Positions 23,701 to 37,100 of a stretch of DNA of 64,000 nt are shown here, piece by piece. This stretch comes from Paraphysomonas bandaiensis (lineage: Eukaryota > Protista > Chrysophyceae), in contig CBFFRP010000408.1 in assembly GCA_965644295.1 (NCBI GenBank), positions 1-64,000 of the forward strand, read 5' to 3'. The stretch's first letter is position 1; every line of letters starts with the position of its first letter. The notes beneath the pieces are model-generated. The model did no database searches. It was not told the DNA's origin and saw nothing but the letters and a program-made list of their open reading frames with translations. The position numbers and the translations under genes were made by a program.

Positions 23701-25339
23701 CCCGTCATCCGCACTTGATAATCACATAGATAGAGATCTGTGTGTCATATCTGAACCGGATGTGAATTTGTCAGATGAATGTGAAGCTTCCATCAGAGAG
23801 CATATACTTCACAATGAGGAAAATATTGATAAGGATAAGGGTGATGATACGAATCTTGATGTTAATGTCAATTCAGAGGTACTACCAATATCAGAGGCTG
23901 CTACACTGTCTGCTTCATCTGCAACAGCTGGATCTGAAGAGTCTAGCGGCAACACCCCGTCATCCGCACTTGATAATCACATAGATAGAGATCTGTGTGT
24001 CATATCTGAACCGGATGTGAATTTGTCAGATGAATGTGACGCTTCCATCAGAGAGCATATACTTCACAATGAGGAAAATATTGATAAGGATAAGGGTGAT
24101 GATACGAATCTTGATGTTAATGTGAATTCAGAGGTACTACCAATATCAGAGGCTGCTACACTGTCTGCTTCATCTGCAACAGCTGGATCTGAAGAGTCTA
24201 GCGGCAACACCCCGTCATCCGCACTTGATAATCACATAGATAGAGATCTGTGTGTCATATCTGAACCGGATGTGAATTTGTCAGATGAATGTGAAGCTTC
24301 CATCAGAGAGCATATACTTCACAATGAGGAAAATATTGATAAGGATAAGGATGATGATACGAATCTTGATGTTAATGTGAATTCAGAGGTACTACCAATA
24401 TCAGAGGCTGCTACACTGTCTGCTTCCACTAGAGTGCCAAATGATTATATTGAGTACTTGAAACGTAACATCAAAGGTCTTGAAAAAGGCAGTTACTCTG
24501 CTGTTTCTGGTAGGTTCCCTGTACCTTTGCCATCTGGTTGCATTCGCCGTGAAACTTTTGGAGAGGGCGGTGTAGAAAGTTCTGGCGAGTTGGAGGATGA
24601 GGAAGATGATGACAATCCCGAGGAATCTGCTGTCTTTGAGCTTCCTTTCAAGTTGTCGGGGTGCAGTAATCGCGGTTCCTTCGTTGTTTTGTCTAAAGAA
24701 GAGGAATGTGCAGCCATGAAGCCGGTGAGTTCAAGTGGCGAAGTTAGCCGTCCTGATTTTCTTGAGAGTTCTCACGCGTTTGAGAGTCCCAGTAGTGACG
24801 ATGATATGGATAAGGTAGGAATTATTCATCAAAGTACTGTCTCCGTCACAGGCGCATTATTTGAAACCCTAAAAGATATAGATCCATCAGATGATGAAGA
24901 GTGTGAAGACGATTCAGTCCCGAACAATGGAATTGAAGAGTTAATGGCACTGTTTAGCAATGCTAGCCCTGTGTCAACTACAGATGATGATTGGAATGGA
25001 TGGGAACTGGTAGGAAATAGGTGGATCAAGAAGAATCCTATGACAGAAGAAGAAATAGCAGCAGCTGCTGCCTTTTATGAAGAAAATCGTAAGAGAGGCC
25101 CCCATGCCACACGTTCAAGACGATTAACTGCTGCAGGAGATGCAGATAGCGAGCATACGGGGATAGTGTCGCCATTAATTCCAGCTCTTGACAGCAATGA
25201 TTCTGATTCAGTTAGAGCTGCAATGCGGGATACCCAAGTGAAAAACAATGAATTGATGGTAGACAAAAATTGCGAATCCTCAGATGAATCAAGACAATCA
25301 CAACTGACTAAAAGGGATGAAGCCCACGCGCTGCTATAG
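17739..25339 (+). CDS. ~2500-aa protein: N-terminal PH-like domain, disordered S/R-rich region, SAM domain, ARMC9 N-terminal-like domain, nine 85-aa acidic repeats
   Basis: ORFs 17739-18425 and 18245-25339 join via a 50-nt GT-AG intron (18376-18425); PH signature FEFICPT..MSKWVNFL; SAM WLETIGMGKYASSF..L..L..HDL..L; LEFYCQLYFAV..VPEPRENPAYAALF..W. Confidence 0.8.
22160..24426 (+). repeat. Coding tandem repeat, 255-bp unit x ~8.9
   Basis: Units start at 22160, 22415, 22670, 22925, 23180, 23435, 23690, 23945, 24200 and differ by only a few substitutions. Confidence 0.97.
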
Positions 25340-25679
25340 CTTCATTTCTTTATGAGTGTTACTAATTTTTATATGTTGTGTCGATTCCTTACACCTCTAA
25401 TAATACCTTTTTTCATGATGATTGCATAAATATTACTGCTCATGTACTTGAAATGACCGTTAGGTAAAATCGCATCAGCAAATAATTTCATAATTCTGGG
25501 TAACTGTTGTAACTAATGGAGAATCAAGATCGTTATTATTATATTATGTTAATCTTCACATTACAACGAGGAAAGCAGTATTCTAAGTTTTTAAAATTAT
25601 AACTGCCACTTAGTCACAGACAGTATTATATGAAATTTAATGAGGTGGTTTCGAGTTTCGACAAACTAAAATATATGCA

Positions 25680-26360
25680 CTGTTGAGTTTTGCTGTTTGT
25701 ATTGAAAGCTGTATTTCTAAGGTATCTGAAAGATGGCCGTTACTTAAAGAATACAGTTTTTCATGAACAACTAATGATATTATGATAGCAACTATAGTAG
25801 TGAAACTATAATATACTGACCGTATAAGATCGTATTCTGAAATTGATTAGTAGTTGAGGTAACATGAATTTGGTAAATTACAATGAATGATAAGAAATAC
25901 TGATTATAATTTTAACAAATGAGTATCGAGTGAATAAAATGTTCAGTTAATTGAGTTTAAACCATTCACAATGTCAAAAGTTGATATGCATAAGATCCTC
26001 GAGTCTAAGATCTGATAAAATATCAGCTTTTGGCATACATATTACTTGGGTGGTAAAAACTTAAGTAACTGAACTTGAACCACACAACAATCTCTTATAG
26101 TAAAATTATAAAATAAACATAATATCTCAACATTCATTGAGATTCGCTTCATTTATATTTTCTCAACTACCAATCAGTATTTTATCAGATCTTAGATATA
26201 GACACGATTATACTATTATACAGTCAAAGTACTTCAGTATCTCTAACATAACTCATATCATATCATTGATTCATGTACTACAGTTAGTTATCAACTATAC
26301 TGTCTGTATTCTCGAACTAACGGTCACAATTCGAACACAAATAAGCAAAATTCCACACTC
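25680..26360. repeat. AT-rich interspersed repeat, two diverged copies in inverted orientation
   Basis: 26055-26340 nearly matches 30991-31104 plus 31981-32145; 25680-25880 is a reverse-complement homologue of 47000-47230 (shared CTCAACTACCAATC and ACAAATAGCA.AACTCAAC motifs). Confidence 0.65.
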
Positions 26361-26749
26361 CCTCTCTATTCGAAGCTGTGGATAGAATCTAATCTTCATT
26401 TTCACGCCACAAGAAAAACTAACGGATAAATAACCACCAAGAATTTGTGGACTTATGACTCCGACATTTATTTCAGCTAGTCTCACTGCAGTCATCACTC
26501 TTATTATGATTTTCTACCTCGTTAGTTGTCTCGGAAAACTTCCTTAGAACCTTTATAACATGATACGTATTATCGCTGTATTGATTGAATAGTAGGCCAC
26601 CTGGGTCTACATGTTTTCTTATACTCACCATTGATATTTTGTTTTTTAATCTCTCTGTATATAATATAATATTATTGTAATGCTAGGGCCACCACAACAT
26701 GCAATAATGATGATGTTGTCTTCGTCTACATACATCATGTAATTAATAT

Positions 26750-28905
26750 AGTTGAACTACAAGGTATTGACTTCTTGGTGAATTGAGAATAATGATTAGA
26801 GATTACAGATGAAACATGTCGATACATTGTACTAAGTGTGTGGATATGCATGCATGTGATGTGATATCCATTCATTCAAGATACGTCGTGCGTATGCAAT
26901 AGAGAAACTACGGAAGCGAAGTTTATACTTCAACTCTCCCCCTTAAACTAAGCGTACGTTCGGAATGATATGGAAATGCATGTCTATACTTAATACACTA
27001 TAATATCACAACACACACAAGCATTTAGTGAGAGCAACCAAAGAGAATTGACCTGAAATGTCTAAATTCTGTCTTGCGTAGGGGCTTAGTCATAACATCG
27101 GCAACATTGTTGGCAGAATCAACATACACGAATCGAACGATATTGTTTTGAACGAGTTGTCGAATGAAATGATGACGAATTTCAATATGTTTAGACCGCT
27201 TGTGAAACACTGGGTTAACCGATAGATTAATAGCAGATGTGTTTTGTTGACTTTGATGTCCAGGGTATCTGGTTGGATAGGTTTTGTAGGTGAACACGGG
27301 AAAGTCAACTCTGCACAGACTGTGTTATGAGAAATACCTTCCTTGGATGTGTCACCCATAGAATAATACTCAGAATCCATTGTTGACAGGGCTAGAGATT
27401 GTTGGAGTTTGGAAAACCATGCAATGCAAGCACCAGCTAGGAGAAATGCAGCGCCGGACTGAGAACGTCGAGTATCGACATCATAGTTTGCCCAATTTGC
27501 GTCAGAAGAAGCCTGGAGCGTAGGTGGATTGTTGGATTGACGCCTGTAGGTCAGCGGAAGATCCGCCGAACCTTTCAAATATTTCAATATCTGTACCACA
27601 GCATTCCAGTGTTCCCTGCCGGGGTTAGACAGAAAACGTGCACAACATCCAACGGCAAAAGCAATATCAGGGCGAGTGCACACCATAACATACTTTAATT
27701 TTCCAACCACTGTGCGATAAGGGATATTCCCCATATAGATTTTCTCCTCGTCCGTGCTTGGAGACATCGAGGCAGATAATATAACATGGTTGGCCATAGG
27801 CACTGGAGATGTTGAGTTGATCGGGTGGATCGGATCCACATATTCGATTAAGTCCTTGATGTATTGACACTGAGAGAATTGGACTGTGTGTCGATCCTTC
27901 GATGTGTGAATACGGATCCCAAGAAACCACTCGAGGGGACCTAAATCGTTAGTACGAAATTTTTGGTGTAATAACACGCTAAATTTATTCAATAGGCTAA
28001 TGCTGGATGCAGCAATGGCAATATCATCAACATATACGCATATAATGACGAATCCATCATCAGATTGGTGATAAAATACACACGTATCTGAGGTACATTG
28101 TGTAAATGATATGGATAATAAAAATGATATGGATAAATATGGATAATCATATTATGAAATAGTCTACTAGCCTGTTTAAGACCATAGAGTGACTTTAGCA
28201 GTTTATAACACTTGCCTCGTGGGAGTCTCTGCTGCCTGGCTGGGGGTGCTGACATGTAGCAATCATAGTCAATGTCAGACTGTGGAAACGTCTTTGGCAC
28301 ATCCAAATGGTGAACATATATAGTCCATAATGAGCACATACATAATGCAAGAACAATGCGTAATGTCAAATGTCGAACTACAGGTTGACGCCATTCCGCA
28401 AGCGCTTTGACATCATCATCAGCATCAATAGGAGGTGTCGCAACACGTATATGGACTTTTCGGTGATGATGTCCAATAGTTTTGTCGACTTCAGCATCGC
28501 TCGAAAGTCTGTTTCGAAGGCTTCAAAGTCTTGCAGACGTGCTGGGTACTGCGGAACATCGCAAGAGGGAAGTATAAGAGACAGATTATCGAGGTGAGAT
28601 GATAATCGTTTGCATTGATCCAGTGTTAACTCCTGGATAGGGTTTTGGGGACAGGGAGAGCCATGCTGATGAGTAAAAGGGCAAACAAAATGGTTATAGA
28701 TCGCGAGAATCCGCTACTAAGTTGAACTACAAGGTATTGACTTCTTGGTGAATTGAGAATAACGATTAGAGATTACAGATGAAACATGTCGATACATTGT
28801 ACTAAGTGTGTGGATATGCATGCATGTGATGTGATATCCATTCATTCAAGATACGTCGTGCGTATGCAATAGAGAAACTACGGAAGCGAAGTTTATACTT
28901 CAACT
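26750..28905 (-). mobile_element. Internally deleted Ty1/Copia element with near-identical 186-bp LTRs
   Basis: LTRs 26750-26935 and 28720-28905 (one mismatch seen), PPT AAGGGGGAG, PBS-like TAGTAGCGGA, flanks AATAT/AATAC. Confidence 0.93.
27025..28369 (-). pseudogene. Frameshifted Copia RT-RNase H
   Basis: HLDV, LKSLYGLKQA, VYVDD, DLGPLEWFLGI, TRPDIAFAV, SDANWA, RSKHIEIRHHFIR, ADVMTKPL spread over three frames. Confidence 0.92.
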
Positions 28906-30109
28906 AATACACTATAATATATATAATATTATATATAAAATATAAGAAGGCACAATATTATCAATGATGAAGGTCTGATTATTAAGAAGCACAAGATTGT
29001 GTGTTGCTGCAACCAACAACCTACTAACAAGTCGTCTCACGGGTGCAATTTTGCACACTTATTCTGTGGCAACTTATTCAAGTTGACTTCAACGCCTTTC
29101 CTTCATTAAATTGTGTGCACTCGTCCGCACCACACATGTATGTATTCACCTCTTGCACTATTTTACCGAGTGCCTTTATTTTACACTATATACTACACAA
29201 CCGCGCCCTTTCTCCGCTCAGATGAAAACCCACTATAAAAGCAAGAAATAACATAAAAGCACCACAAATATACCTGACACTGCTTGGAGAACAGTACCAG
29301 AGCCTTGTTATGATAATCTCAATGACCTTGGTACAGAGAGAGAGAAACCAAAACTAGAGTCGATGTGATGACCAAACATTGTGAAATGGTCAAAACCTGG
29401 TAAAATTTTGAAAATATCAATTTAAGTTGAGTTTTTGATGCGTTTTACAATAAATAATGCGGTAGGTGCAAAGAAGAGAACGTGTTTTTTAAAGACATTA
29501 ATTATTTAATAAGTTTTACATTATTAGTTAAAAATCGTAAACGTGAGAATAATATATTATTATTATGTAACGGTCACACTAACAATAATACAACATGATA
29601 TTATTTTATTATAATATATATAATATTATATATTATGTATGTGTACTATAGTGCTATGAATCATTGTATAACAATGTTCTGTTGCCTATATATAATAATA
29701 TAGCTATAGTACTAAGGCAGTAGACATATATATCATGTATGTGTGGTAAGACATAATAATAGGTCTAATCACATTGTCAGATGCATCCATCATGAGGTCG
29801 CACTACCTCTGTCATTGGCCACAAAAAGGTGCCGAATAATGTGAACTCGGCGTCAATCACTCAAAGCAAATGTCGTGAGCACAAGCAGAAAGTTGATATA
29901 TACAACTAACATCTTCTGACTTTAGGGTTTTGTTAAAAGATCTAAATACTGTAGTAATACAAATATTTATTAACACTATATACTATACTATAGCATTCAA
30001 GCACTTTTAGAACCATTCTACAACAATTCTTAAAAGTCAAGTAAAATCTACTAGATTTTTCCAAATTTTTGAAAATTTCCCACTTTTGCATAATATTGTT
30101 TACTTTAAG

Positions 30110-30425
30110 TCCTTAAGATGAACATCCCGGGTGCTTCACTTCAGCAGGCAGCCCAATACCCCGGTTATCTTAAGGTGGACCCTTCCCCGAAAGCCTGTTT
30201 ATACTCGTCAGGGCCCAAAGACGTCTAACTACTACACAAGTGACACTACTTATTAGTGTCCATTGTACCACACAAGCATTCGGCTATGAGTGAGCAGAAG
30301 GTTATATCTGCTGTCTATGTTGGCGGCTTACGTTGCTTTCTTTCCCGGAGAAATATCTTGGATATTTATCCCCCAGAACACCATGAAAAAAAGGTACGAG
30401 TCCGACTTTGTTGAGGGTTACTGTA
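30110..30425 (-). repeat. Interspersed repeat homologous to 59645-59965
   Basis: Shared blocks CCCTCAACAAAGTCGGACTCG, CACTCATAGCCGAATGCTTGTGTGGTAC, CCGGGGTATTGGG..GCCTGCTGAAGT. Confidence 0.8.
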
Positions 30426-31104
30426 GGGTACGCTCTCTTGTTGTCCTCAACTCTTCATATATTACGTACAATATATATATGCATGGTTCTAATGCACACG
30501 TTGTTTACAACCCAGCGACGTACTTTCAATGAAGTTTTTGATGAGGGTTTCCACGAAGAACGAGGCAAACTGCGAAGACTTACTCCTGAAGTAATTTAAA
30601 GCGATGTACCACTGGAAGCTGACAGTAAGTAAGACAATCACTACTACTTGCCTTACATATAATCACCGCATCTTCCCCACACAGACAGGACGGTAATATC
30701 GCCTACACGCTTGTAGACACTCTAGGGGTTCAGACCCTCCTACCCCTGGTCTCCCTCTAGACTCAGTAGACACACTACTCTCGGGTAACGTACTTATTGT
30801 ATTTTATCGGATGGAGATATCGGAGCATGGTTGGCTTGTCACTCTGGCCGTTCCTCGAGTCTTAAATGATGTCGGTTTTAGCGCATGAATCATAATATCT
30901 TGAGTTTTTCCGTTCAGTTGATCACCCCAAATTCATCGACCTTTAGATGATGTCGCTTCCAATCTGAACTCGCTATCATATCAATATTAGTAAAAACTTA
31001 AGTAAGTGAACTTGAACTCACACAACAATCTCTTATAGCAAAATTATAAAATAAACATAATATCTCAACATTCATTGAGATTCGCTTCATTTATATTTTC
31101 TCAA

Positions 31105-31980
31105 TGTAAAACCCAGCTATCGGGTAATTCTATATTCTACAAGCTCTCTATTGTGTGTGTTTAAGTTTGTACATACTATCTGTACAACATAGTATAGATT
31201 GAATATTATTATTATTGCCATAACTCACACTAAGATATATGATATATTATGACTAGGACAATTCATGCTTATCATTAATATTTATATAATCATTCAAAAG
31301 ACAAAGAAAGACATCATTGATTATCAATAATGAGACATAATGATGATAATGATGATGGATGATATATATATATATGTTCTTATTATATATATATATTGAC
31401 TTTAAGGCTGGAGAAGTTTACTGGAGAATTCCGGGTCGCTGATAGATGTCTATTGCCAGATTATCCAGTAATACAGTTATACATTACGTATTTCTTCAGT
31501 GCTTATTGGGGATTGATTGTACAGGAGTACGCATACAAGGCTTCAACTACAATGAGAATACTGAGTGTATCTTCCCTTATACAGTGATAATGAGTTATTT
31601 TGATCAACTGTGTTAGACTGATGTGTTTGGTATTGAATATGAATGATGTTCATTCCATTGATCACGGAATCGTAGATAGTATTTATATTGATTATTGATA
31701 ATAAGATGCAATTTCTTCACTCTGGAAGTTGCTTGTAGATAGCATTGTAGCTGTAGATATATATATATTCATTGTTTTTCAATTATATTGTTATTACTAT
31801 GGATGAGGAGGCTCTTGACAGAGTACGAGAGTCAGCTACGTTGGATTCAGTAAGAACAACCCTTAGGCTTATGCTAGAAGGGCTGGATCCTTCCATTGTT
31901 AATGCCAGTGAAGAACAGATTCGAAATATAGGCATGGCTTTTGGATTGAGTGATACTGATGCAGAGATCTTAGTATTACA
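31105..31980 (+). mobile_element. Solo LTR (876 bp)
   Basis: TGTAA...TTACA termini and 4-bp TSD TCAA; the empty site is visible in the paralogous repeat at ~26160 (TTTTCTCAACTACC). Confidence 0.85.
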
Positions 31981-32554
31981 TCAACTACCAATCAATATTA
32001 TCAGATCTTAGATATAGACACGATTATACTATTATACAGTCAAAGTACTTCAGTATCTCTAACATAACTCATAACATATCATTGATTCATGTACTACAGT
32101 TAGTTATCAACTATACTGTATTCTCGAACTAACGGTCAAATTCGAATTCCTTGAAGTTCAGCTTTAATTACATACAAATAAGCAAAACTCAACATTGAGT
32201 AAAACTTTTTTGTCTAGAACATAAAGCATAACCATAACTAACAAATGAGCTGAATCCAACAGCCCCCATATTAACGGTATGTAACTTTCTGACTTTCATT
32301 TATCTCTAATCATTGCCATCGTGAAGGTCTATAGGCTTTTTGTACTATTCCATTATAAGACGTTGTCATTTATCATTTATATAAAACGAGCATGCCAGAT
32401 GCCAGGAAACTGTATGTATATGCGGTAGCGATTAACGCGATTAGAAACTAGATCTAATATCAAGCACGCAGGAGCCCCACTACATCATATAAAACGTTAA
32501 GGATTATATGACTATCATGGCCTGATAAAATAATTCTGGCAATCCATATCATTA

Positions 32555-33499
32555 TTAAATAGTGGACAAAGTAGGGCGATTTAAAACAGCCGCGGTTGAG
32601 AATAAAACTGTCATTATACTTGAGACTTTCTTCTGGTCTAAAAGCCCTCGAGACTGTAAGAAATTCACTATTATTCCGGTGGTTTCTTCACGACAATCTT
32701 CATGGACAAAATGTCCCGCCATTCCCCCTTGCACAACATGAAGCTCGAACAATCCTTGCATATGAGCAGTACACATTGTACGGTCTAATCTATCAGCACT
32801 GGATAATATCAAGCAATGGTGTTGACAAAGCCCCAAAAACGCACTATTGAACCCCTTAAACCAGTTCTTCCATTCATTTTCATACAGCAACAAATTTATT
32901 CTCCATACAAAATAATTATCATCAGTGGCTAAAAGGGTTGGAGGAATCGATATTTCAGCTGATTGCCTACTTTGTGGCCGACGCATGCCTGTGGACCAAT
33001 TAACACAGTCTTGAATAGATTGAAATCGTTTGGGCCATGACTCCAAAGCACTCCGCATATTCTCCAATGATTCCATAGCAGTATCCTCAACCAAATCTAC
33101 AACAATAACCGCGATAATTTTATCTTTCAATTGATCATGATGTGCACTACGCACGGCTATGGATCCACCCACACTATGGCCAATTACAACAATTTGTCGA
33201 CTGCCTATTATGTCTCCTAACGCACTGACTATATGTACAATATCATCAGTTAATGCTGAAATGCTCATGTTCAATTCAGTGGACGATTCTCCATGACTAC
33301 GCATATCCGGGGCAATACATAAGACATGTCCACGCAAACACGATACTTGATTGTGCCACGTGTGTTTTGAACTACCAGCTCCATGTATAAATAATAGACA
33401 CAAACCGGAGTCAGAACATTCACCCGCTATTGCTACAGCCAAGCGTACATTTTGTCCATCGCAATCAGTTTCGATGTAACAAACTCTTTCAAAACTCAT
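32555..33499 (-). CDS. PPME1: Protein phosphatase methylesterase 1 (alpha/beta hydrolase)
   Basis: HGAG, DMRSHG, GHSVGG nucleophile, VDLVEDTA, DRLDR..HMQGLF, GHFVHED motifs; single exon. Confidence 0.85.
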   Translation of the reverse strand: MSFERVCYIETDCDGQNVRLAVAIAGECSDSGLCLLFIHGAGSSKHTWHNQVSCLRGHVLCIAPDMRSHGESSTELNMSISALTDDIVHIVSALGDIIGSRQIVVIGHSVGGSIAVRSAHHDQLKDKIIAVIVVDLVEDTAMESLENMRSALESWPKRFQSIQDCVNWSTGMRRPQSRQSAEISIPPTLLATDDNYFVWRINLLLYENEWKNWFKGFNSAFLGLCQHHCLILSSADRLDRTMCTAHMQGLFELHVVQGGMAGHFVHEDCREETTGIIVNFLQSRGLLDQKKVSSIMTVLFSTAAVLNRPTLSTI

Positions 33500-34177
33500 C
33501 AGGATATCAGTCGAAAAGAGTAATATTTTGATACTGCATACAGGTCATAAATATTCATTCGCCAATTGGCCGAAAGTCCAGCCCTATTATCTCCAGCTTG
33601 ATATCTAATTTCTAGCCTATACAGACATCTAGACATATGAAATGGCTGCTGCTGTATACTGTATACCCTTATATCCGATATGGTATTCCAGTGGTATTCC
33701 CGCATGTATACATTTCAGTGTTTGCTTGCTTTTTTATTCATCGTGCGCAACAAAATACACGGACGGACATTGTATGTACTTTTTAGAGCTGGGGATGCGT
33801 GTTTCTGTTCAAGCGGACAATTGTAACAAAAAGCACTAGACAGAAGAAGAGGAATCAAGCTGTTGTCAGGAATATTGAGATTATGAAGAGAATGATTCAG
33901 TGAATAGTAGTACATTGCCCTGGAGCTTAGAGAAGTTTCTCTTGATAGCGTACCTATATATCGTGGAAATATTCTTGAATCATATTTTTGAGTAGCGTTT
34001 CGCGCCGGGGAATGTTCTTTAACGAAGACCCTCAAGCAACTAATGCACAGGGTGCTGCGCGAATGAGACTTCGACATCAACAGTTTATTAGATTAGGTGG
34101 GGAATTGAACCTGTATTGAGCACTGTGTTGAATAATCGATAATAAAAGGTCTCCTCCTCTGTTTGGGCTTGCTGTTA

Positions 34178-37100
34178 ATGGATACGAAGGATACAACGAA
34201 CCGCTCGGGCACTAAATCTTCTCAAGCCCGAAGTAACCAAGTCAAAACAGTTATTTGTCTTTGCCAATGAATGGCTTAATATGATATCGTTTATTTTACA
34301 GGACACTGTCATGTTAGGTGCTGCAGAAGTGGAACTGATAAATGCCTTGATCGAACCCAGTCAACTCGTGCACTTTACTCAAAATATCTCTGGTCTATAC
34401 AAAGGTAAGTCTGTTGAGTAGTTTACTGTCTAATCTATTGTCGTGTGAAAACCAAAATATAGTGACTTGTGCTTATTACTATCGCGTACCTACCAATACA
34501 TGATGGTATCTTAGGATCATGGACGTTACCCCAAACCACGAACTATACCAACGGGTATGCTGTAATATTATTTACTTTTTGTTTGACTCTGTACTATAGA
34601 ATAAGCCATGCGAAAGGAAGTATGCTTTTCCAGGTTGTACATGTGAACTGCAATGTATTCTTATCATCCCAAATACACAAGTAGTATTCTGTCTGGAAAC
34701 ACCTTGCATTTGTAGTATAATCTGAAGTTTTGTTATGTAATGGCTCTGTCTGCAGTTCAAAAGCATTGCTATTAGGAACATTCCAAATGCACACTTCATT
34801 TACGGAGTTATGAAAGCCTATGGCGTCCCTGTTAAGAAATCCAAACGAAAAGTTGAAGATATACTGTATCCACTGCAGGGTATGCGCCTTTTATATAGCC
34901 ACCGTAAATAATGTTCAGAGTAGGGTTGTATTTGAAAAATACCGGAGAATTATCCTTGGTAACAACACCTTCCCAAAGCCATAACCTTTTTCTTGCTGTT
35001 CCTTTACGTTCGAATTTCTCTGGCCACTCTCAAAAGCAATTACATCTGCAAACCGCCGCAGCGCGCTTGGAAAAGAAAGCAGGAGCCCTTGACTCCCATA
35101 ATGGAAATGTCGATTCACTATTTCCTGGAATGGTAACACTTTCTATGAGTTCGTTCTCTACGAAGAGTCCATTTATCCTCCATTCAATGTTTCGCAAAGT
35201 CACATTTTGGGCAGCTCATATAGGAGTGTTAGTAATTCAAAATGGTGAGCTGATCTTTCTTTATTGTAAAGTAACCTTCAATGTATATTTATATTTCAGA
35301 TTACTATGCATGGCTAGAAAAGAATATTGCTAGAATCAGTGGTCCTTGTAGCATTTGCCAACGCGAATCGGTGCGTAAGTGGATACAGGGAATGATTACG
35401 TGGGCGTGGGATATTACTTCGGATCATCCTGATGAAGAGTTGCAATCACTGTTCTCTGATTATGACAAATGGGTACAATATAGCAATATAGCGAATGATA
35501 TCTCGTCTGGTACCGGCTCAGTTTTTGCTGTTGTGTCACACGATACCAAAGGTACGTTTCAATTGTTAGACCCTGATGTATCTGCATCGCCAGAGTTGAG
35601 CGCAATCAAAGAGACAGTGGATAGTAATACGTTTAACCCAGAGAGAAAACTTCAGAAGAATATCCATTTACCTTTGAACACTAAAAATGGGACCACATTC
35701 AATGCATCTCATACATCGGGCCATTCCACACGAAGCCGAATAATTCCGGGCGACTTGTTTACGTCCGCTGTACGAGAGACCTCGTTTTTAGAACGCTATC
35801 CTGTTGGTCATAGTGGCCTCGAACTATTGCTACTCTATACTGCATCGACCAAAAAGTCTGCTGGGATAACAGGTGAATTATTGTATTTTTCTATAAGACA
35901 GGGTTTGTTATTTGCTTTGTCTGTGTTGTGCATTCATATATAGCGCATATACGATTATTTGGTGTACGCTTTTGTAACAGCAGAGTAGGGGGTTTCGGCT
36001 ACACATCGCTGCCTCCTTCGTTTCGGGCTTTTCAACAGATGCATGGTGCTTCGAAAACTTGGACGGAGTCTTCTAAGTGCACCTTTGGTATCACCGCCTC
36101 AGCGTGGTCACCACCTAGTGGTCATACCAAAAGTGATAATGGAAGACATGATAGCAGCAAAGTCGAGAACTCAAAGAACAGTGATATTTCTACTGTACTG
36201 CAACCTGGCATACCAGTTGGGTATGATTCGAAAACGAAGTCCAGACAAGCTGGTATCAAAGAGCTGTTGGTTCAGGTGCTGGTCTGACGCATGCACTGAC
36301 TGACAAGTAATAACTTGCACTTGGAAGGTGAATGGGCAGTCATATATGAGTAGAAATGTTCGAGAAGAATGCAGAACCGAAAACCTGGTCTTTGATATAA
36401 CAGCCTCTCATTATCAAATCAGAGTATGATCTGTATGATATATCTCGTGGCAACAATTACCTCATTTTTCAGGTTGACGTTATCGAGCAAAAATTAATTC
36501 ACTATGACGTGATCTTCACATTATGTTGTGCAATTCAGGTATAGTTTTTCGTGCAGTCAGAAGCACCCGTAGTTACTTCGCTGTAGATAGGTTTGTTAGT
36601 CCTTCAAATGAAGGCTTCTTCTACACAGGCATCAGCGACCAAGGTATCGATTCTGTCGATATCAGCTCAGGTTTGTATTCGTGAATGTATTTTCGTCAAG
36701 TCACAATTTCGATTTACTTATTCCGTCGACGACAGTGCTTTACTAATTATTGGTATATATTTAGGCTGTACTTGATGCAGGCATATGTATATCACACTTG
36801 TTGGCGTCGAGTGCTGTGGCTGGCGTTGCATTTTATCATTTCATTTGGTTGTGTTTACTGAAGCTACTAATATTTTGCATTCTCGAGATGAGGCTCGTTA
36901 TTTCAGTATACCAAGCCAGGTCATTGTTTTCATAACATAATGTAACACAATTATCTATGCACTGCACATTGCTACGTGTATATATGTATATCATATATGT
37001 AATAAGTGGACGGACAAATGTGTTGACGACAGAGGTTTCGATTATGGCGACTTTGAATGCTGCTGCGATAGTTTGGCGTACATATTCGCCATAGGCACAC

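Noticed and set aside
22500-23984. Six 69-aa alternative-frame ORFs
   Set aside because: Shadow frames of the coding repeat
22160-24426. CRISPR-like array
   Set aside because: Contiguous 255-bp coding units with no unique spacers, inside a eukaryotic ORF
34097-34170. tRNA suggested by minus-strand GGTTCAATTCC
   Set aside because: No acceptor stem, D-arm or anticodon arm could be formed
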